A DNA stretch of 64,000 bases, taken from contig JBBIRR010000019.1 in assembly GCA_037441705.1 (NCBI GenBank), forward strand, positions 8,144-72,143, in the 5' to 3' direction. The notes beneath the pieces were generated by a model. The model had not been told where the DNA came from, searched no databases, and saw nothing but the letters and a program-made list of their open reading frames with translations. Numbering within the stretch: position 1 is the first letter of the stretch; the number at the start of each line of letters is the position of its first letter. Of this stretch, positions 40,416 to 51,205 are shown in pieces. Both the position numbers and the translations under genes were made by a program. This DNA comes from Ignavibacteriales bacterium. GTDB taxonomy: Bacteria; Bacteroidota; Ignavibacteria; UBA10030; UBA6906.

Positions 40416-41786
40416 ATGCGCAAGACACTTACCGAGTCCACAGTCCTCTTTTTCAGCATCATCAAATGGGTATTCCTCGCGACGGTCGCCGGCGGAGTTG
40501 TTGGTGTTGCAGTTGCCTTCTTCCTCAAACTTCTGACCTGGAGCACGGGAATCAGCACACAATTTCCGGGATACTTCTGGTTCCTTCCTCTCTCCTTGTT
40601 CGCCAGTTCGGTGCTGGTGAACTATCTTGCTCCGGATGCTCAGGGCCATGGAACGGAGAAAGTCATCGAAGCCATTCACACGCGCGCGGGAAAGATTCCG
40701 GTGCTGGTGGTGCCGGTGAAGCTCGTCGCCACGATCCTGACGCTGGCCACCGGAGGCTCCGCGGGCAAGGAAGGGCCCTGTGCGCAAATTGGCGCGGGCT
40801 TGACATCGCTGTTCAGCGCCCTGCTGCGGTTTGATGAACACGACCGAAAGAAAATGGTCATCTGCGGCATCAGTGCCGGTTTCGCTGCGGTGTTCGGAAC
40901 GCCGATTGCCGGCTCCATTTTCGGTGTGGAAGTGTTGTTCGTCGGAGCGATCATGTATGATGTTCTCCTCCCGTCGTTCATTGCAGGAATCACCGCCTAT
41001 CAGGTATCTTCCGCGCTCGGTGTGTCGTACTTCTACCATCCGGTGACGATCATGCCGGTCTTCTCCGAGGCGTTTCTGCTCAAAGTTGTACTCGCCGGAG
41101 TATTCTTCGGAGCCTGCGCAATCGTCTTGATTGAAATGTTGAAATGGGGAGAGAAGCTCTCGAGCCGCATGCGGATCCCGGAGCCGCTCAAAGGTATCGT
41201 CGGTGGGGTGTCCCTGGCAGGCCTGGCCGTCGTGTTTTCAACGAGCTATCTCGGCCTCGGGCTTCAGACCATCGAGTCCTGTCTCAAAGGAAACGATATC
41301 GAATGGTTCGCGTTCCTGCTCAAGCCGGTGTTCACCAGTCTTACGCTCAGCTTCGGCGGAAGTGGCGGCATCGTGACCCCGATTTTTTTTGTCGGTGCAA
41401 CCGCGGGAGTGACGTTCGCTCACCTCCTCGACCTGAACACCGCTACATTTGCTGCGATCGGGCTGGTGAGCGTCCTGGCCGGCGCCGCCAATACGCCGAT
41501 TGCGGCCAGCATCCTCGCGGTTGAACTCTTCGGACCGCCTGTTGCCCCCTACGCAACACTGGCCTGTGTCGTCAGCTTCCTCATCACCGGGCACCGAAGC
41601 GTTTACCCCTCGCAAGTTCTCTCCATCTCCAAATCTCCGTCGCTGAGCGTCGAGTTAGGAAAGGAGATTGAAGCGATCCAAACGACGGTGAACATGAAAC
41701 AAAAGGGGTCGCTCGCGCGACTTCTCAATCTCATCAAGCGTGTCGAACGGATTGTTGATCGAATACAACGACGCGAAAACTTCTGA
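40416..41786 (+). CDS. ClC-family chloride/fluoride channel or antiporter
   Basis: GHGTE, GGSAGKEGP, FGTP, GGIVTP, ANTPIA. Confidence 0.9.
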   Translation: MRKTLTESTVLFFSIIKWVFLATVAGGVVGVAVAFFLKLLTWSTGISTQFPGYFWFLPLSLFASSVLVNYLAPDAQGHGTEKVIEAIHTRAGKIPVLVVPVKLVATILTLATGGSAGKEGPCAQIGAGLTSLFSALLRFDEHDRKKMVICGISAGFAAVFGTPIAGSIFGVEVLFVGAIMYDVLLPSFIAGITAYQVSSALGVSYFYHPVTIMPVFSEAFLLKVVLAGVFFGACAIVLIEMLKWGEKLSSRMRIPEPLKGIVGGVSLAGLAVVFSTSYLGLGLQTIESCLKGNDIEWFAFLLKPVFTSLTLSFGGSGGIVTPIFFVGATAGVTFAHLLDLNTATFAAIGLVSVLAGAANTPIAASILAVELFGPPVAPYATLACVVSFLITGHRSVYPSQVLSISKSPSLSVELGKEIEAIQTTVNMKQKGSLARLLNLIKRVERIVDRIQRRENF

Positions 41787-41791
41787 CCTCC

Positions 41792-42709
41792 TCACTCTTG
41801 CTTCCGGATTCTGATATTGCCGCCGGATGTATGAGCATAGATCACCTGGCCGCCGCCGTTAACGGTGCCGCGGATTCGACTCTCGCTGATTCTGCCGGTC
41901 ATCGTGACGGGCAAGTCGCACTCCACTTCGCCGCCGCTGGTTTCCGCATCGAGAGTCGCTGCGATGCGTGCCGGAACAACGATGTCGATATTGCCGCCGG
42001 AGGTTTCGGCATGAATGCCCTTGTTCATCTCCGTCACCCTCACGGTAATGTTGCCGCCCGACGTTTCCGCACGTACCTTGCCCGCCACGGAGCCAAGGCT
42101 GATGTTGCCGCCGGAGGTGCTCACGTCAATGTCTCCCTTTATTTCGTTCATGCGAATGTTGCCTCCGGACGTTTCCATTCGCAGAAGTCCCTCCACCCGC
42201 TCCGCGCGAATATCCCCGCCCGACGTCTCAAGATCAACCACGCCGCTGACATCACTCAAAGTGAGATTGCCTCCCGATGTTCCGCCATCGATCTTTCCTT
42301 TTACCGACCTGATGGTGACATCGCCTCCTGCAGTGCTCGTCGTAAGATTGTACGTGCTGGGGACTTTGATCGAGAAGGAGACGTCCACATCATCGCTTCC
42401 AAATCTCCACCAGCGTTTCGTGCGCAAGGATTTCCCGACCACCTCGACGCCCGTTGCCGTGGCGTTCGCCGTGATCTCGAATTCATCAACGTCTCGCTGG
42501 TTTCCCCGGACAAGTGCATGAACCGAAACTTCCTTCCCTCCTTCAACACCCACGATCTCGACGGAACCAAAATCCGTTTTCAGCGTAAGCGTCCCGCCGC
42601 TTGTTGCGGAAAACGTTTGATCGAATGTCTTCTCGCCGCTCTGCACAGCGGCAACGCTCATGATGAGAGCGGAGAGAAACACTGCTGCACTTCTGACAAA
42701 GCGTTTCAT
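41792..42709 (-). CDS. DUF4097 beta-strand repeat protein
   Basis: Signal peptide; many (E/S)TSGG(N/D)I repeats. Confidence 0.85.
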   Translation of the reverse strand: MKRFVRSAAVFLSALIMSVAAVQSGEKTFDQTFSATSGGTLTLKTDFGSVEIVGVEGGKEVSVHALVRGNQRDVDEFEITANATATGVEVVGKSLRTKRWWRFGSDDVDVSFSIKVPSTYNLTTSTAGGDVTIRSVKGKIDGGTSGGNLTLSDVSGVVDLETSGGDIRAERVEGLLRMETSGGNIRMNEIKGDIDVSTSGGNISLGSVAGKVRAETSGGNITVRVTEMNKGIHAETSGGNIDIVVPARIAATLDAETSGGEVECDLPVTMTGRISESRIRGTVNGGGQVIYAHTSGGNIRIRKQE

Positions 42710-42902
42710 GGAAACTCCTTCTGGATGATGCGTGTCGGAAAGAACTCACACCTTTAGACGGAAGCGTTCGGCAAAAGGTTGCATGGAACGATGTCGCGTG
42801 AGGCCGACCGACCGGCATGGCCCTGTCTGATCGCTTTGCATTTCCATCGGCTTTTCGGTACTTTTTTCAAAACAATTTCCACATGACCCAGAACGTCTCT
42901 CG

Positions 42903-43865
42903 ATGCCGTTGCCTGTTTTGTTTCTTCTTCTTGCTGTCATCTCCATGCGTTGTGTGAACGACCAGCCGAAGGAGGTTCCTCCATCCCCACGGCCGAGCAC
43001 TCCCCCGCCACGTACATCCCCGATTCCTGCATTCAGCGGGGAACGAGCATTTGCACATCTCGTCAAACAAACCGAGTTTGGTCCGCGTCATCCGAACTCG
43101 GCAGGTCATCATGCCTGCCTTCAGTATCTCGCGTCCACGCTTCGCTCACTTGCCGATGAAGTGCAGCTGCAGCCTTTCACGGCACAAGGGTACAATGAAC
43201 CTCTGGCGCTGACAAATATCATCGCAAAGTTCAAGCCCCAGGAACAAGCACGAATCCTCCTCTGCGCGCATTGGGATACGCGGCCGCGCGCCGACAACGA
43301 TCCCGACAAAAAACGTCGCGATCAGCCCATCCTGGGAGCGAACGACGGTGCCAGCGGGGTTGCGGTGTTGCTGGAAATTGCATCACTTCTCAAACAGCAT
43401 CCCCCGCCTGTTGGGGTAGATATTGTGTTGTTCGACGGCGAAGATTACGGCTATGAGGGAGATCTTGCAAAGTATTTCCTCGGCTCGCGGTTCTTTGCAG
43501 CAAACAAACCTTCCGACTACAATCCGCGCTTCGGCATCCTGCTCGACATGGTCGGCGATACGTTCCTCGACCTCTCGAAGGAGTATCATTCCACGCAGTA
43601 CGCGCCGGACATCGTCAATCTTGTGTGGGGGAAGGCAAGGGAGTTAGGCTACACGCAGTTCCTCGATGAGATCGGCGAGGCGGTGAACGACGATCATTTG
43701 CCCTTGAACGAAGTGGGAATCAAGACCATCAACCTCATTGATTTCAACTATCCCGATCCGACGAATCGCTTCTGGCACACGCACCGGGATACGCCGGACA
43801 ACTGCAGCGCGGAAAGTCTCGAAGCGGTCGGCTCTGTGGTCACGCATGTCATCTACACGCAGTGA
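42903..43865 (+). CDS. M28 family peptidase / glutaminyl cyclase-like lipoprotein
   Basis: AHWDTRP, GANDGASG, FDGEDYG, LLDMVG, DDH, WHT. Confidence 0.88.
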   Translation: MPLPVLFLLLAVISMRCVNDQPKEVPPSPRPSTPPPRTSPIPAFSGERAFAHLVKQTEFGPRHPNSAGHHACLQYLASTLRSLADEVQLQPFTAQGYNEPLALTNIIAKFKPQEQARILLCAHWDTRPRADNDPDKKRRDQPILGANDGASGVAVLLEIASLLKQHPPPVGVDIVLFDGEDYGYEGDLAKYFLGSRFFAANKPSDYNPRFGILLDMVGDTFLDLSKEYHSTQYAPDIVNLVWGKARELGYTQFLDEIGEAVNDDHLPLNEVGIKTINLIDFNYPDPTNRFWHTHRDTPDNCSAESLEAVGSVVTHVIYTQ

Positions 43866-44746
43866 ACACGCGGACTACCGACACCCGCATGATGCAGGCC
43901 TACACAGAAGTGGCAATCCGTGCCGATGAGCACCTGAAGGAACAGCTCATCGGCATTCTCTCCCAGTTGGGATTCGAAGGCTTCTGGGAGGACGGCCCCA
44001 CGCTGCGCTCCTACATGAGCGCGGACCGATGGAAGGCAAGCATTCTTGCCGAAGTTGAACGCGTCGTGAAGATGCTTCATCATCCGAGCATGTCGCCAAT
44101 GCCAACAGTGTCGTTCACCACCATCGAGAACAGGAATTGGAATGACGAATGGGAGAAAACCATTCACCCCATTCACGTGACCGACCGGATCGTCATCGCA
44201 CCGACGTGGCAGAAGTACACGCCGCAGCCGAACGAAATCCTCATCACGATTGATCCCAAGATGTCGTTCGGCACCGGCTACCACGAAACAACACGGCTGG
44301 TCTTGCAACTCATGCAGCAGTACGTTCGGCCGGGGATGACGCTGTTGGATCTCGGCACGGGAACGGGCATTCTCGCCATCTCCGGGATCAAACTCGGCGC
44401 AGCATCGGCGGTTGGCGTGGACAACGATGCATGGGCCTTTGAAAACGCGCTGGAGAATGTGAAGCTGAATCACGTGGAGCAGAAAGTTCAGATTCTCCTC
44501 GGCGATGTGTCATCGGTTGCTGCGCGTCGCTTCGATCTGATCGCCGCCAACATCCAGCGCAGCGTGATCGAGCCGATGCTGCCGCAGATGTACGCGCTGC
44601 TTGCTTCGAATGGCATCATGATTCTTTCAGGATTGCTTCTGGAGGACCAACTTCCGATCACACGCGCCATTCTGAGCTGCGGAGGCACGGTGGCAAAGAC
44701 CGCACAGGAAAACGAATGGATTGCGCTCCTGTGCACGCGGACATGA
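43862..44746 (+). CDS. prmA: Ribosomal protein L11 methyltransferase
   Basis: IDPKMSFGTGYHETT, LDLGTGTGIL, ANI, SGLL. Confidence 0.93.
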   Translation: MNTRTTDTRMMQAYTEVAIRADEHLKEQLIGILSQLGFEGFWEDGPTLRSYMSADRWKASILAEVERVVKMLHHPSMSPMPTVSFTTIENRNWNDEWEKTIHPIHVTDRIVIAPTWQKYTPQPNEILITIDPKMSFGTGYHETTRLVLQLMQQYVRPGMTLLDLGTGTGILAISGIKLGAASAVGVDNDAWAFENALENVKLNHVEQKVQILLGDVSSVAARRFDLIAANIQRSVIEPMLPQMYALLASNGIMILSGLLLEDQLPITRAILSCGGTVAKTAQENEWIALLCTRT

Positions 44747-45675
44747 CGCTCGCGGCGATCGACATCGGCACCAATACGGTGCTGCTCCTCATTGGCCGCA
44801 TCGACGCCTCGGGCACTATAATCCCGCTGGTTTACGAGCAGCGCATTCCGCGTCTCGGCAAAGGGGTGGACGCAGCGAAGAATCTCACACCCGATGCAAT
44901 GAAGCGGGTGATTGATGTATTGCTGGAATTCAAAGCGATCTGCGCGAAGCATTCCGTAGAACATATCATCGTGTGTGGCACGAGTGCCGTACGAGACGCG
45001 CACAACCGCGAGGAGTTTGCTTCACTCATCTATTCAAAAACCGGATTTACGTTGGAGATTTTGAGCGGCGAAGACGAGGCGTACTGGACATACCGCGGCG
45101 CGATCAGCGGTATCCCCGGCATCGGCCGCGCCACGGTGGTTGACATTGGCGGCGGCAGCACCGAAATTACGGTAGGAACGCAGCGGGACGTTCTGCACTC
45201 GACAAGCCTCGATGTCGGTTCCGTGCGCGTCACCGAGCGGTTCTTCAGACACGACCCGCCAACGGACGCGGAGCTGGAAGCGGCAATCGCTGCTGTGGAG
45301 GACGCATTAGCCGGCGCAGGCGCATTTGATTTTGCCGGCTCAACGCTTGTCGGCGTGGCCGGAACGGTAACCTCGCTCGCAATTCTTGCTCAGGACTTGT
45401 GGGAGTTCTCGCTCCACGCTGTGACCAACTACCGGCTGCGCTACGAAACGGTGGAGGCTCTCTTCCGTCGGCTTCGAACTATGTCGGCTCATGAGATTCG
45501 TCAGCTTTCCAACGTGATGGAAGGACGCAGCGATGTCATCATAGCCGGAACCCTCATCCTTCGCGAGATCATGGCGCATTTCGGCTTCGATGAAATTGTG
45601 GTAAGCGAACGCGGCGTGAGATATGGGCTTCTGGTGAGAGCGTGGGAGAGGTGGAGTGAAAAAGCGAGAGGGTGA
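44743..45675 (+). CDS. ppx: Ppx/GppA family phosphatase
   Basis: AAIDIGTN, GTSAVRDA, DIGGGSTE, VSERGVRYG. Confidence 0.9.
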   Translation: MTLAAIDIGTNTVLLLIGRIDASGTIIPLVYEQRIPRLGKGVDAAKNLTPDAMKRVIDVLLEFKAICAKHSVEHIIVCGTSAVRDAHNREEFASLIYSKTGFTLEILSGEDEAYWTYRGAISGIPGIGRATVVDIGGGSTEITVGTQRDVLHSTSLDVGSVRVTERFFRHDPPTDAELEAAIAAVEDALAGAGAFDFAGSTLVGVAGTVTSLAILAQDLWEFSLHAVTNYRLRYETVEALFRRLRTMSAHEIRQLSNVMEGRSDVIIAGTLILREIMAHFGFDEIVVSERGVRYGLLVRAWERWSEKARG

Positions 45676-45709
45676 GTGAAGGTTTTTTTGTCTTTTTATC
45701 TGATGGATT

Positions 45710-47542
45710 ATGAAATCATTTCGTGAACGATTGGGGAAGGAAGTCATCGTCTTCGACGGCGGGGTGGGGACATACCTCTACGAGAAGGGAATCTTCATCA
45801 ACACGTGCTTCGATGAGCTGAACCTTATCAATCCCGACATCGTCATGGAAGTCCACCGCGACTACATCAACGCGGGGGCCGATGTGATCGAGACGAACAC
45901 GTTCGGCGCGAACCGCTTCAAGCTCGCTCCGCACGGGCTGGAGACGAAGGTGTATGAAGTCAATTTCAAAGGAGCGCAGCTCGCCAAGAAGGTTGCCGGC
46001 AGCACCACGCTTGTCGCCGGTTCGGTGGGGCCGCTCGGTGTCCAGATCGAACCGCTGGGGAAACTTTCCTACGACGAAGCAAAAGATGCCTTCAAGGAGC
46101 AGATCAGGGGTTTGCTGGATGGCGGCGTTGATTTGATCATCATCGAGACGTTTTCTCTGGTCTCCGAGCTGAAGCAAGCCATTCGTGCGGTGAAAGAGTT
46201 GAACACGGACGTCCCGATCATCGCTCAGGTCACAATCAACGACGACGGGAACCTGCTCAGCGGCGCGCCGCTCGAAACGTTTGTTCGTGAGGTGAGCGAA
46301 TTCGCCGTGGATGCCATCGGCCTGAACTGCTCCGTCGGCCCGAAGGCGATGCTCGACGCGCTCGAACACCTCAAGCCGCTGACGACCCTTCCGCTGTCCG
46401 TCCAACCCAATGCGGGCCTGCCGCAGAACATCGCCGGACGGAACATCTACATGACATCGCCGGAATACATCGCCGAGTACTCCAAGCGCTTCATTCAAAC
46501 CGGCGCTTCGATTGTCGGCGGATGCTGCGGTACCAATCCCGAACATATCAAAGCCATCCGCCGTGCGGTGAAGGCGCTGCAGCCGGTGAAGCGCATGGAC
46601 GTAACCAGCGCCGCGCTGAAGGTGACGGCGCCTGAGACGGTGAAGGTGTATCCCATGAGCGAGAAGTCGCGCCTCGCCAACAAGCTCGTGCGCAGAGAGT
46701 TCATCACCCTCGTTGAGCTGGTTTCGCCGAAGGGCGTCTCGCCGGTGAAAGAAGTGGAGAAGGCGCGCAGGCTCTTCCACTTCGGCATTGACGCCATCAA
46801 CATTCCCGACGGGCCGCGCGCCTCAGCGCGGATGTCGGCGCTGGCGCTGGCCGTGACGATTCATCGCAGCGTCGGGATCGAGCCGGTGTTGCACTTCGCC
46901 TGCCGCGATCGCAACGTGATCGGCATGCAGTCCGATTTGCTCGGTGCGTGGGCACTCGGCATTCGCAACCTCATTGCCATCACCGGCGATCCGCCGAAGC
47001 TCGGCAACTATCCCGACGCCACTGCGGTCTTCGATGTTGACGCCATCGGGCTTGTCAACATCATCAACCGTCTCAATCACGGACTCGATCTGGCGGGCAA
47101 CCCGATCGGCGAGCCGACGGGGTTCTGCATCGGAGTCGGTTTCAATCCCGGCGCCATCAACCTCGATGAGGAAATCCGCCGCCTCGACTGGAAGATCGAA
47201 GCGGGCGCAGAGTACATCGTCACCCAGCCCGTCTTCGATGTGGGCATCCTCGAGCGCGCGATGCGCCGCATCGAGCATGTGAAACTGCCCGTGGTGGTGG
47301 GCATCTGGCCGCTTGTCTCCTACCGCAACGCGGAGTTCATGAACAATGAGGTGCCCGGCGCCAGTGTCCCGCCGGACATCATGGAGCGCATGCGCCGCAC
47401 AACAACGAAAGAGGAAGGCTTTGCCGAAGGAGTGAAGATTGCAAAAGAGACGTTCGACCGCATCAAGAACGAATTCGCAGGCGTCCAGCTCGCTGCCCCG
47501 ATGGGCAGAATCGACGGGGTGTTCATGATCCTCGAAAAGTGA
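45710..47542 (+). CDS. yitJ: Bifunctional homocysteine S-methyltransferase / methylenetetrahydrofolate reductase
   Basis: DGGVGT, GLNCSVGP, VGGCCGT; C-terminal MTHFR domain CRDRN, ITGDP, TQP. Confidence 0.9.
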   Translation: MKSFRERLGKEVIVFDGGVGTYLYEKGIFINTCFDELNLINPDIVMEVHRDYINAGADVIETNTFGANRFKLAPHGLETKVYEVNFKGAQLAKKVAGSTTLVAGSVGPLGVQIEPLGKLSYDEAKDAFKEQIRGLLDGGVDLIIIETFSLVSELKQAIRAVKELNTDVPIIAQVTINDDGNLLSGAPLETFVREVSEFAVDAIGLNCSVGPKAMLDALEHLKPLTTLPLSVQPNAGLPQNIAGRNIYMTSPEYIAEYSKRFIQTGASIVGGCCGTNPEHIKAIRRAVKALQPVKRMDVTSAALKVTAPETVKVYPMSEKSRLANKLVRREFITLVELVSPKGVSPVKEVEKARRLFHFGIDAINIPDGPRASARMSALALAVTIHRSVGIEPVLHFACRDRNVIGMQSDLLGAWALGIRNLIAITGDPPKLGNYPDATAVFDVDAIGLVNIINRLNHGLDLAGNPIGEPTGFCIGVGFNPGAINLDEEIRRLDWKIEAGAEYIVTQPVFDVGILERAMRRIEHVKLPVVVGIWPLVSYRNAEFMNNEVPGASVPPDIMERMRRTTTKEEGFAEGVKIAKETFDRIKNEFAGVQLAAPMGRIDGVFMILEK

Positions 47543-47606
47543 ACCACGGCTGGAATCCGACTGCCGACCATCACTCATCGATCACACTATTGAAAGGACA
47601 ATCGTC

Positions 47607-48086
47607 ATGAGAACATCGATGCGCCGACTCATCGGGATCACCGGCATCGGACTGAGCTGGGCTGTTGCGTGGACTGTGTTCTTCGGTGTGCTTGCGCTGA
47701 TCATCGGAATCATGCGCCCACAGGATATTGATCGCGGAGAAGGTCCTGCAGTCATCCTCCGGACCGGATTGCTCGTCGGCTTTGTGTCGGGGACACTCTT
47801 CGGAAGCATTCTGTCGTTCACCGAGTCCCGAAAGAAGATTTCCGATCTTCCCCTCCTCCGCGTTGCACTGTGGGGCATGATCGCCGGGGCTGCCTGGCCC
47901 CTGCTCACATACGTGGACGACCGCATGGTGTTCGTGTTGGCTCCTCTCGGAGCTTTCTGCGCCGCATCGGCATTAGCAGTTGCATCGAAGGCGGAATTGC
48001 CTGATGGACAGGCAACGCCGCTGAAGAGAGTGCTGAATGCGGTGATCGGGCGCCCGCTCCGTGCGGCGTGCGCATCGGAGGAATAG
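47607..48086 (+). CDS. Hypothetical membrane protein (~4 TM)
   Basis: AAAGGA RBS; hydrophobic segments. Confidence 0.6.
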   Translation: MRTSMRRLIGITGIGLSWAVAWTVFFGVLALIIGIMRPQDIDRGEGPAVILRTGLLVGFVSGTLFGSILSFTESRKKISDLPLLRVALWGMIAGAAWPLLTYVDDRMVFVLAPLGAFCAASALAVASKAELPDGQATPLKRVLNAVIGRPLRAACASEE

Positions 48087-48087
48087 T

Positions 48088-51000
48088 TCAGATTCGTTTC
48101 ATTGAAAGCACTACCCGTGTTCCTTCATCTTTCACAAATTCAATCGTCCCCCTCAAACGCTGTGCGCGCATCTTCATGTTCTTCACGCCGTGCCCCGACA
48201 GACGTTCTGCCCCGCTCCATCCCTTCCCATCATCGATGATAAACATGGAAAACCTGTCCGTGTCATTGCGGAGAATGATGGAAACGCTCGAGGCTTCTGC
48301 ATGGCGCGCAATGTTGTTGATGGCCTCTTTGAAGATGAGATAGAGGTTTTCTCGAACATCAACCGGGAGTTTCTTCGCGGGGTCGAGTCCCGAATGAGCA
48401 AAGGTGAACTGAACGTCCTTCACTGCGAGCGTGCTTGCTGCGAAGTTGCGCATCTTGTCGAGAAGATGCTCAGCCGTGTCGTTGCGCGCATCGATCGACC
48501 AGACAATGTCGCTCATGGCGGTCACCAGCTCGCGGCTCATCCTGCCGATGTTCTTCAGGTAGGTGGTCATTTCTTGCGGCTCGATGCCTTCCTGAATCAA
48601 CTCGCTCTGCAGGGAGATTTTGGTGAGCGACGAGCCGATATCGTCATGCAAGTCGCTGGCGATGCGTACGCGGAGTCGTTCAATTTCCAACAGTCGGTTG
48701 ACGCGGTAGTTGTACAGCAACAGGCCGAACACGACCAACGCAACCAGCGCCGCACCCCTGAACCACCACGTGCTCCAGAACGGAGGAGTGATGGTGATGG
48801 TGAGTGACGTACCGGCTTCATTCCACACGCCATCTTTGTTTGCGCCGATGACGCGGAAGGTATACTTCCCGGGGGGCAGGTGCGTGTACCGGGCAAAGCG
48901 TCGTGCACCCCCCTCCACCCATCCTGTGTCCAGCCCCTCCAGTTTATATCTGTACCGGTTTCGATCGGGAGCTGTAAAGTCGAGAGCCGCAAACTCAAAT
49001 GAGATGAAGTCCTGATCGTGGTCCAGCATAATGCTCTCCATCGCATACACAGCCCGCTCCAGAGGAAACGGCTTATCGTACACCTGAAACGATGTAAGCA
49101 CGATGGGAGGAGGCGTGGCGATTGACGCAATACTATCCGGAAAGAACCCCGTCGCCCCATTCATACCGGTAAAGATGAGCATGCCTTCGCGCGTGCGGCA
49201 GTATCCGCCGGAAAGAAACACATCGCCATGCAGCCCGTCCACCACCGTTCGGTTTGTAAAGGTCCACGTGCGCGGATCGAGTCTGGCGATACCGCGATCC
49301 GTGCTGATCCAAAGATTACCGTGCCCGTCGGGCAGCACAGCCTTGACGAAATTGTTGGGCAACCCATCCTTCTCAGAGAATCGTTTGAAGGTTTTTGTTC
49401 GTGGATCAAATCTGTTCACGCCTCGTGCAAACGTGCCGACCCACAAGAACCCTTCGGAATCTTCCGTGATAGAATACACGTGGTTGCCGCTCAGCGATGC
49501 GGGGTCTCGCTCTCGTGATTGAAATCGAGTGAAGTTGTTGGATTGACGATTGAACCGAGCAATGCCACCGCCGAACGTTCCAACCCAAAGCGTGTTCTTG
49601 CTGTCTTCCACGACGCACCACACGGCAGGCCACGGCAGCGACGTGGAATCAGCAGGACTGTGGGTGTAGTGTGTTGTCCTCATGGTTGACGGCTCGATGC
49701 GGAAGAGTCCGCCTTCGTTCAACCCAACCCAGATGTTGCCCTCATGATCCTGTGTGATGCATTTGACTTCGGCGTTGATGGGGAGGGTGTTCTTTGCCCG
49801 CAGGGGAATCGTGGTGAAGCGGTTTGTTCGGCGATCGAATCTGACGAACCTCGCCCCCTCATTCGCCCATACGCCGCCGGAGCGATCGACACAAATCGCG
49901 AGCGTGCCGTAGCGCGGCGCATTCGGTGCGGAAAAGGCAGCGTAGGTTCCCGTTGTCGGATCGAAGACCGTCAGGCCCTGTTCATTCGTGCCGAACAAGA
50001 ATCGTCCCGATGAGTCCTGCGCTACCGCATACACTGCCTCACCCGTGATGCCGGGCCGACGAGGTGTTGCCATCTTGAATCGAAAGAATGGATCGGTCAC
50101 CGGCGTGTATTTGCTCAATCCGGCTCGGTACGAAGCGAACCACATACTGCCGGTCTTGTCCTCAAAGATACGTTCAACGCGGTTGCTGATGAGCGAACGA
50201 AGGTCGTCGGGATCGTGTTTGAAGTTGAGAAACGTGTCCGCCGCAGGAACGTAGCGGTAGAGCCCACCGTGAAACGTCCCAACCCACACATTCCCTTTGC
50301 TGTCTTCCTGTACATCGAGGATGATGCCGTCGACCAGATGCACGGGAGTTCGAAAGCGGCTGGCAAAGCTCTCGAGTACACCCGTGCTCGTGTTCAGCCG
50401 GTACGCGCCGCGCAGCGTTCCTAACCAGACATACCCCCGCCGGTCGGCACATAAGGTGATGATCTCGTTATCGATGGGCGCAAACAGTTTATCCTGCCGC
50501 GACGTGTACCGCCGCACAGCGTTCGATTCGGTGTCGTAGCTGAAAAGCCCTTCGGTATTTGTTCCGATCCACCACATGCCCCACCGATCGATGCTCACGG
50601 ATCTGATGGAAGTATGGGCGAGAAGTTTCCCCTCGTCGGTGTCATGTTCGAACCGAACGAATGTGTCACGATCTGCATCATAGTGCCACAGGCCTGCGTT
50701 CGTGCAGAGCCACAACCGATTTTGGCGATCTTCAAAGATCTGCGTTGCATTGATCCAGGCCGCGCTGCCGTCGGGCCGCAAGGAGAGTTTGCATCGGGCA
50801 AAGGCGTTGCGCGTTGGGTCGTACTTGCACAGGCCTTTGTTGAGCGGAGCAACCCACACCGTACCATGCCGATCGGCATACACCGTGCTGATCAACGAGC
50901 CGGGCAGCGACGCCGAGTCATCCTCCTCTTCACGGAATACCATGAAGGTGTACCCGTCATAGCGGTTCAGCCCATCCTCTGTGCCGAACCAGAGAAAGCC

Positions 51001-51162
51001 GTGCTTGTCCTGAGTGATGGAACCGACGGTGATATTCGAAAGTCCTTGCCCGACGGAAATACGCTCGAACTTCATATCGCTATGAAAGAGTCGGTTGCCG
51101 TCGCGAGCCTCAAGGGAGGCTGCAGAGACGAGGACGAAAAGAACGAACGTTGGACCGCGCAT
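48088..51162 (-). CDS. Sensor histidine kinase: periplasmic beta-propellers + Y_Y_Y + HisKA_3 + HATPase
   Basis: Repeated D..G.LW.GT..GL; YRYKLEG..YTHLPPGKY; TM; IASDLHDDIG; EAINN, DDGKG, GHG. Confidence 0.9.
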   Translation of the reverse strand: MRGPTFVLFVLVSAASLEARDGNRLFHSDMKFERISVGQGLSNITVGSITQDKHGFLWFGTEDGLNRYDGYTFMVFREEEDDSASLPGSLISTVYADRHGTVWVAPLNKGLCKYDPTRNAFARCKLSLRPDGSAAWINATQIFEDRQNRLWLCTNAGLWHYDADRDTFVRFEHDTDEGKLLAHTSIRSVSIDRWGMWWIGTNTEGLFSYDTESNAVRRYTSRQDKLFAPIDNEIITLCADRRGYVWLGTLRGAYRLNTSTGVLESFASRFRTPVHLVDGIILDVQEDSKGNVWVGTFHGGLYRYVPAADTFLNFKHDPDDLRSLISNRVERIFEDKTGSMWFASYRAGLSKYTPVTDPFFRFKMATPRRPGITGEAVYAVAQDSSGRFLFGTNEQGLTVFDPTTGTYAAFSAPNAPRYGTLAICVDRSGGVWANEGARFVRFDRRTNRFTTIPLRAKNTLPINAEVKCITQDHEGNIWVGLNEGGLFRIEPSTMRTTHYTHSPADSTSLPWPAVWCVVEDSKNTLWVGTFGGGIARFNRQSNNFTRFQSRERDPASLSGNHVYSITEDSEGFLWVGTFARGVNRFDPRTKTFKRFSEKDGLPNNFVKAVLPDGHGNLWISTDRGIARLDPRTWTFTNRTVVDGLHGDVFLSGGYCRTREGMLIFTGMNGATGFFPDSIASIATPPPIVLTSFQVYDKPFPLERAVYAMESIMLDHDQDFISFEFAALDFTAPDRNRYRYKLEGLDTGWVEGGARRFARYTHLPPGKYTFRVIGANKDGVWNEAGTSLTITITPPFWSTWWFRGAALVALVVFGLLLYNYRVNRLLEIERLRVRIASDLHDDIGSSLTKISLQSELIQEGIEPQEMTTYLKNIGRMSRELVTAMSDIVWSIDARNDTAEHLLDKMRNFAASTLAVKDVQFTFAHSGLDPAKKLPVDVRENLYLIFKEAINNIARHAEASSVSIILRNDTDRFSMFIIDDGKGWSGAERLSGHGVKNMKMRAQRLRGTIEFVKDEGTRVVLSMKRI

Positions 51163-51205
51163 GGGCCAAGATTAGGAAAGAATCAGGAGAAACTCAACCG
51201 TCACA

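Noticed and set aside
41810-42340. Regularly spaced near-repeats (TTGCCGCCGGA...)
   Set aside because: They encode the TSGGNI repeats of the DUF4097 protein; not a CRISPR array.
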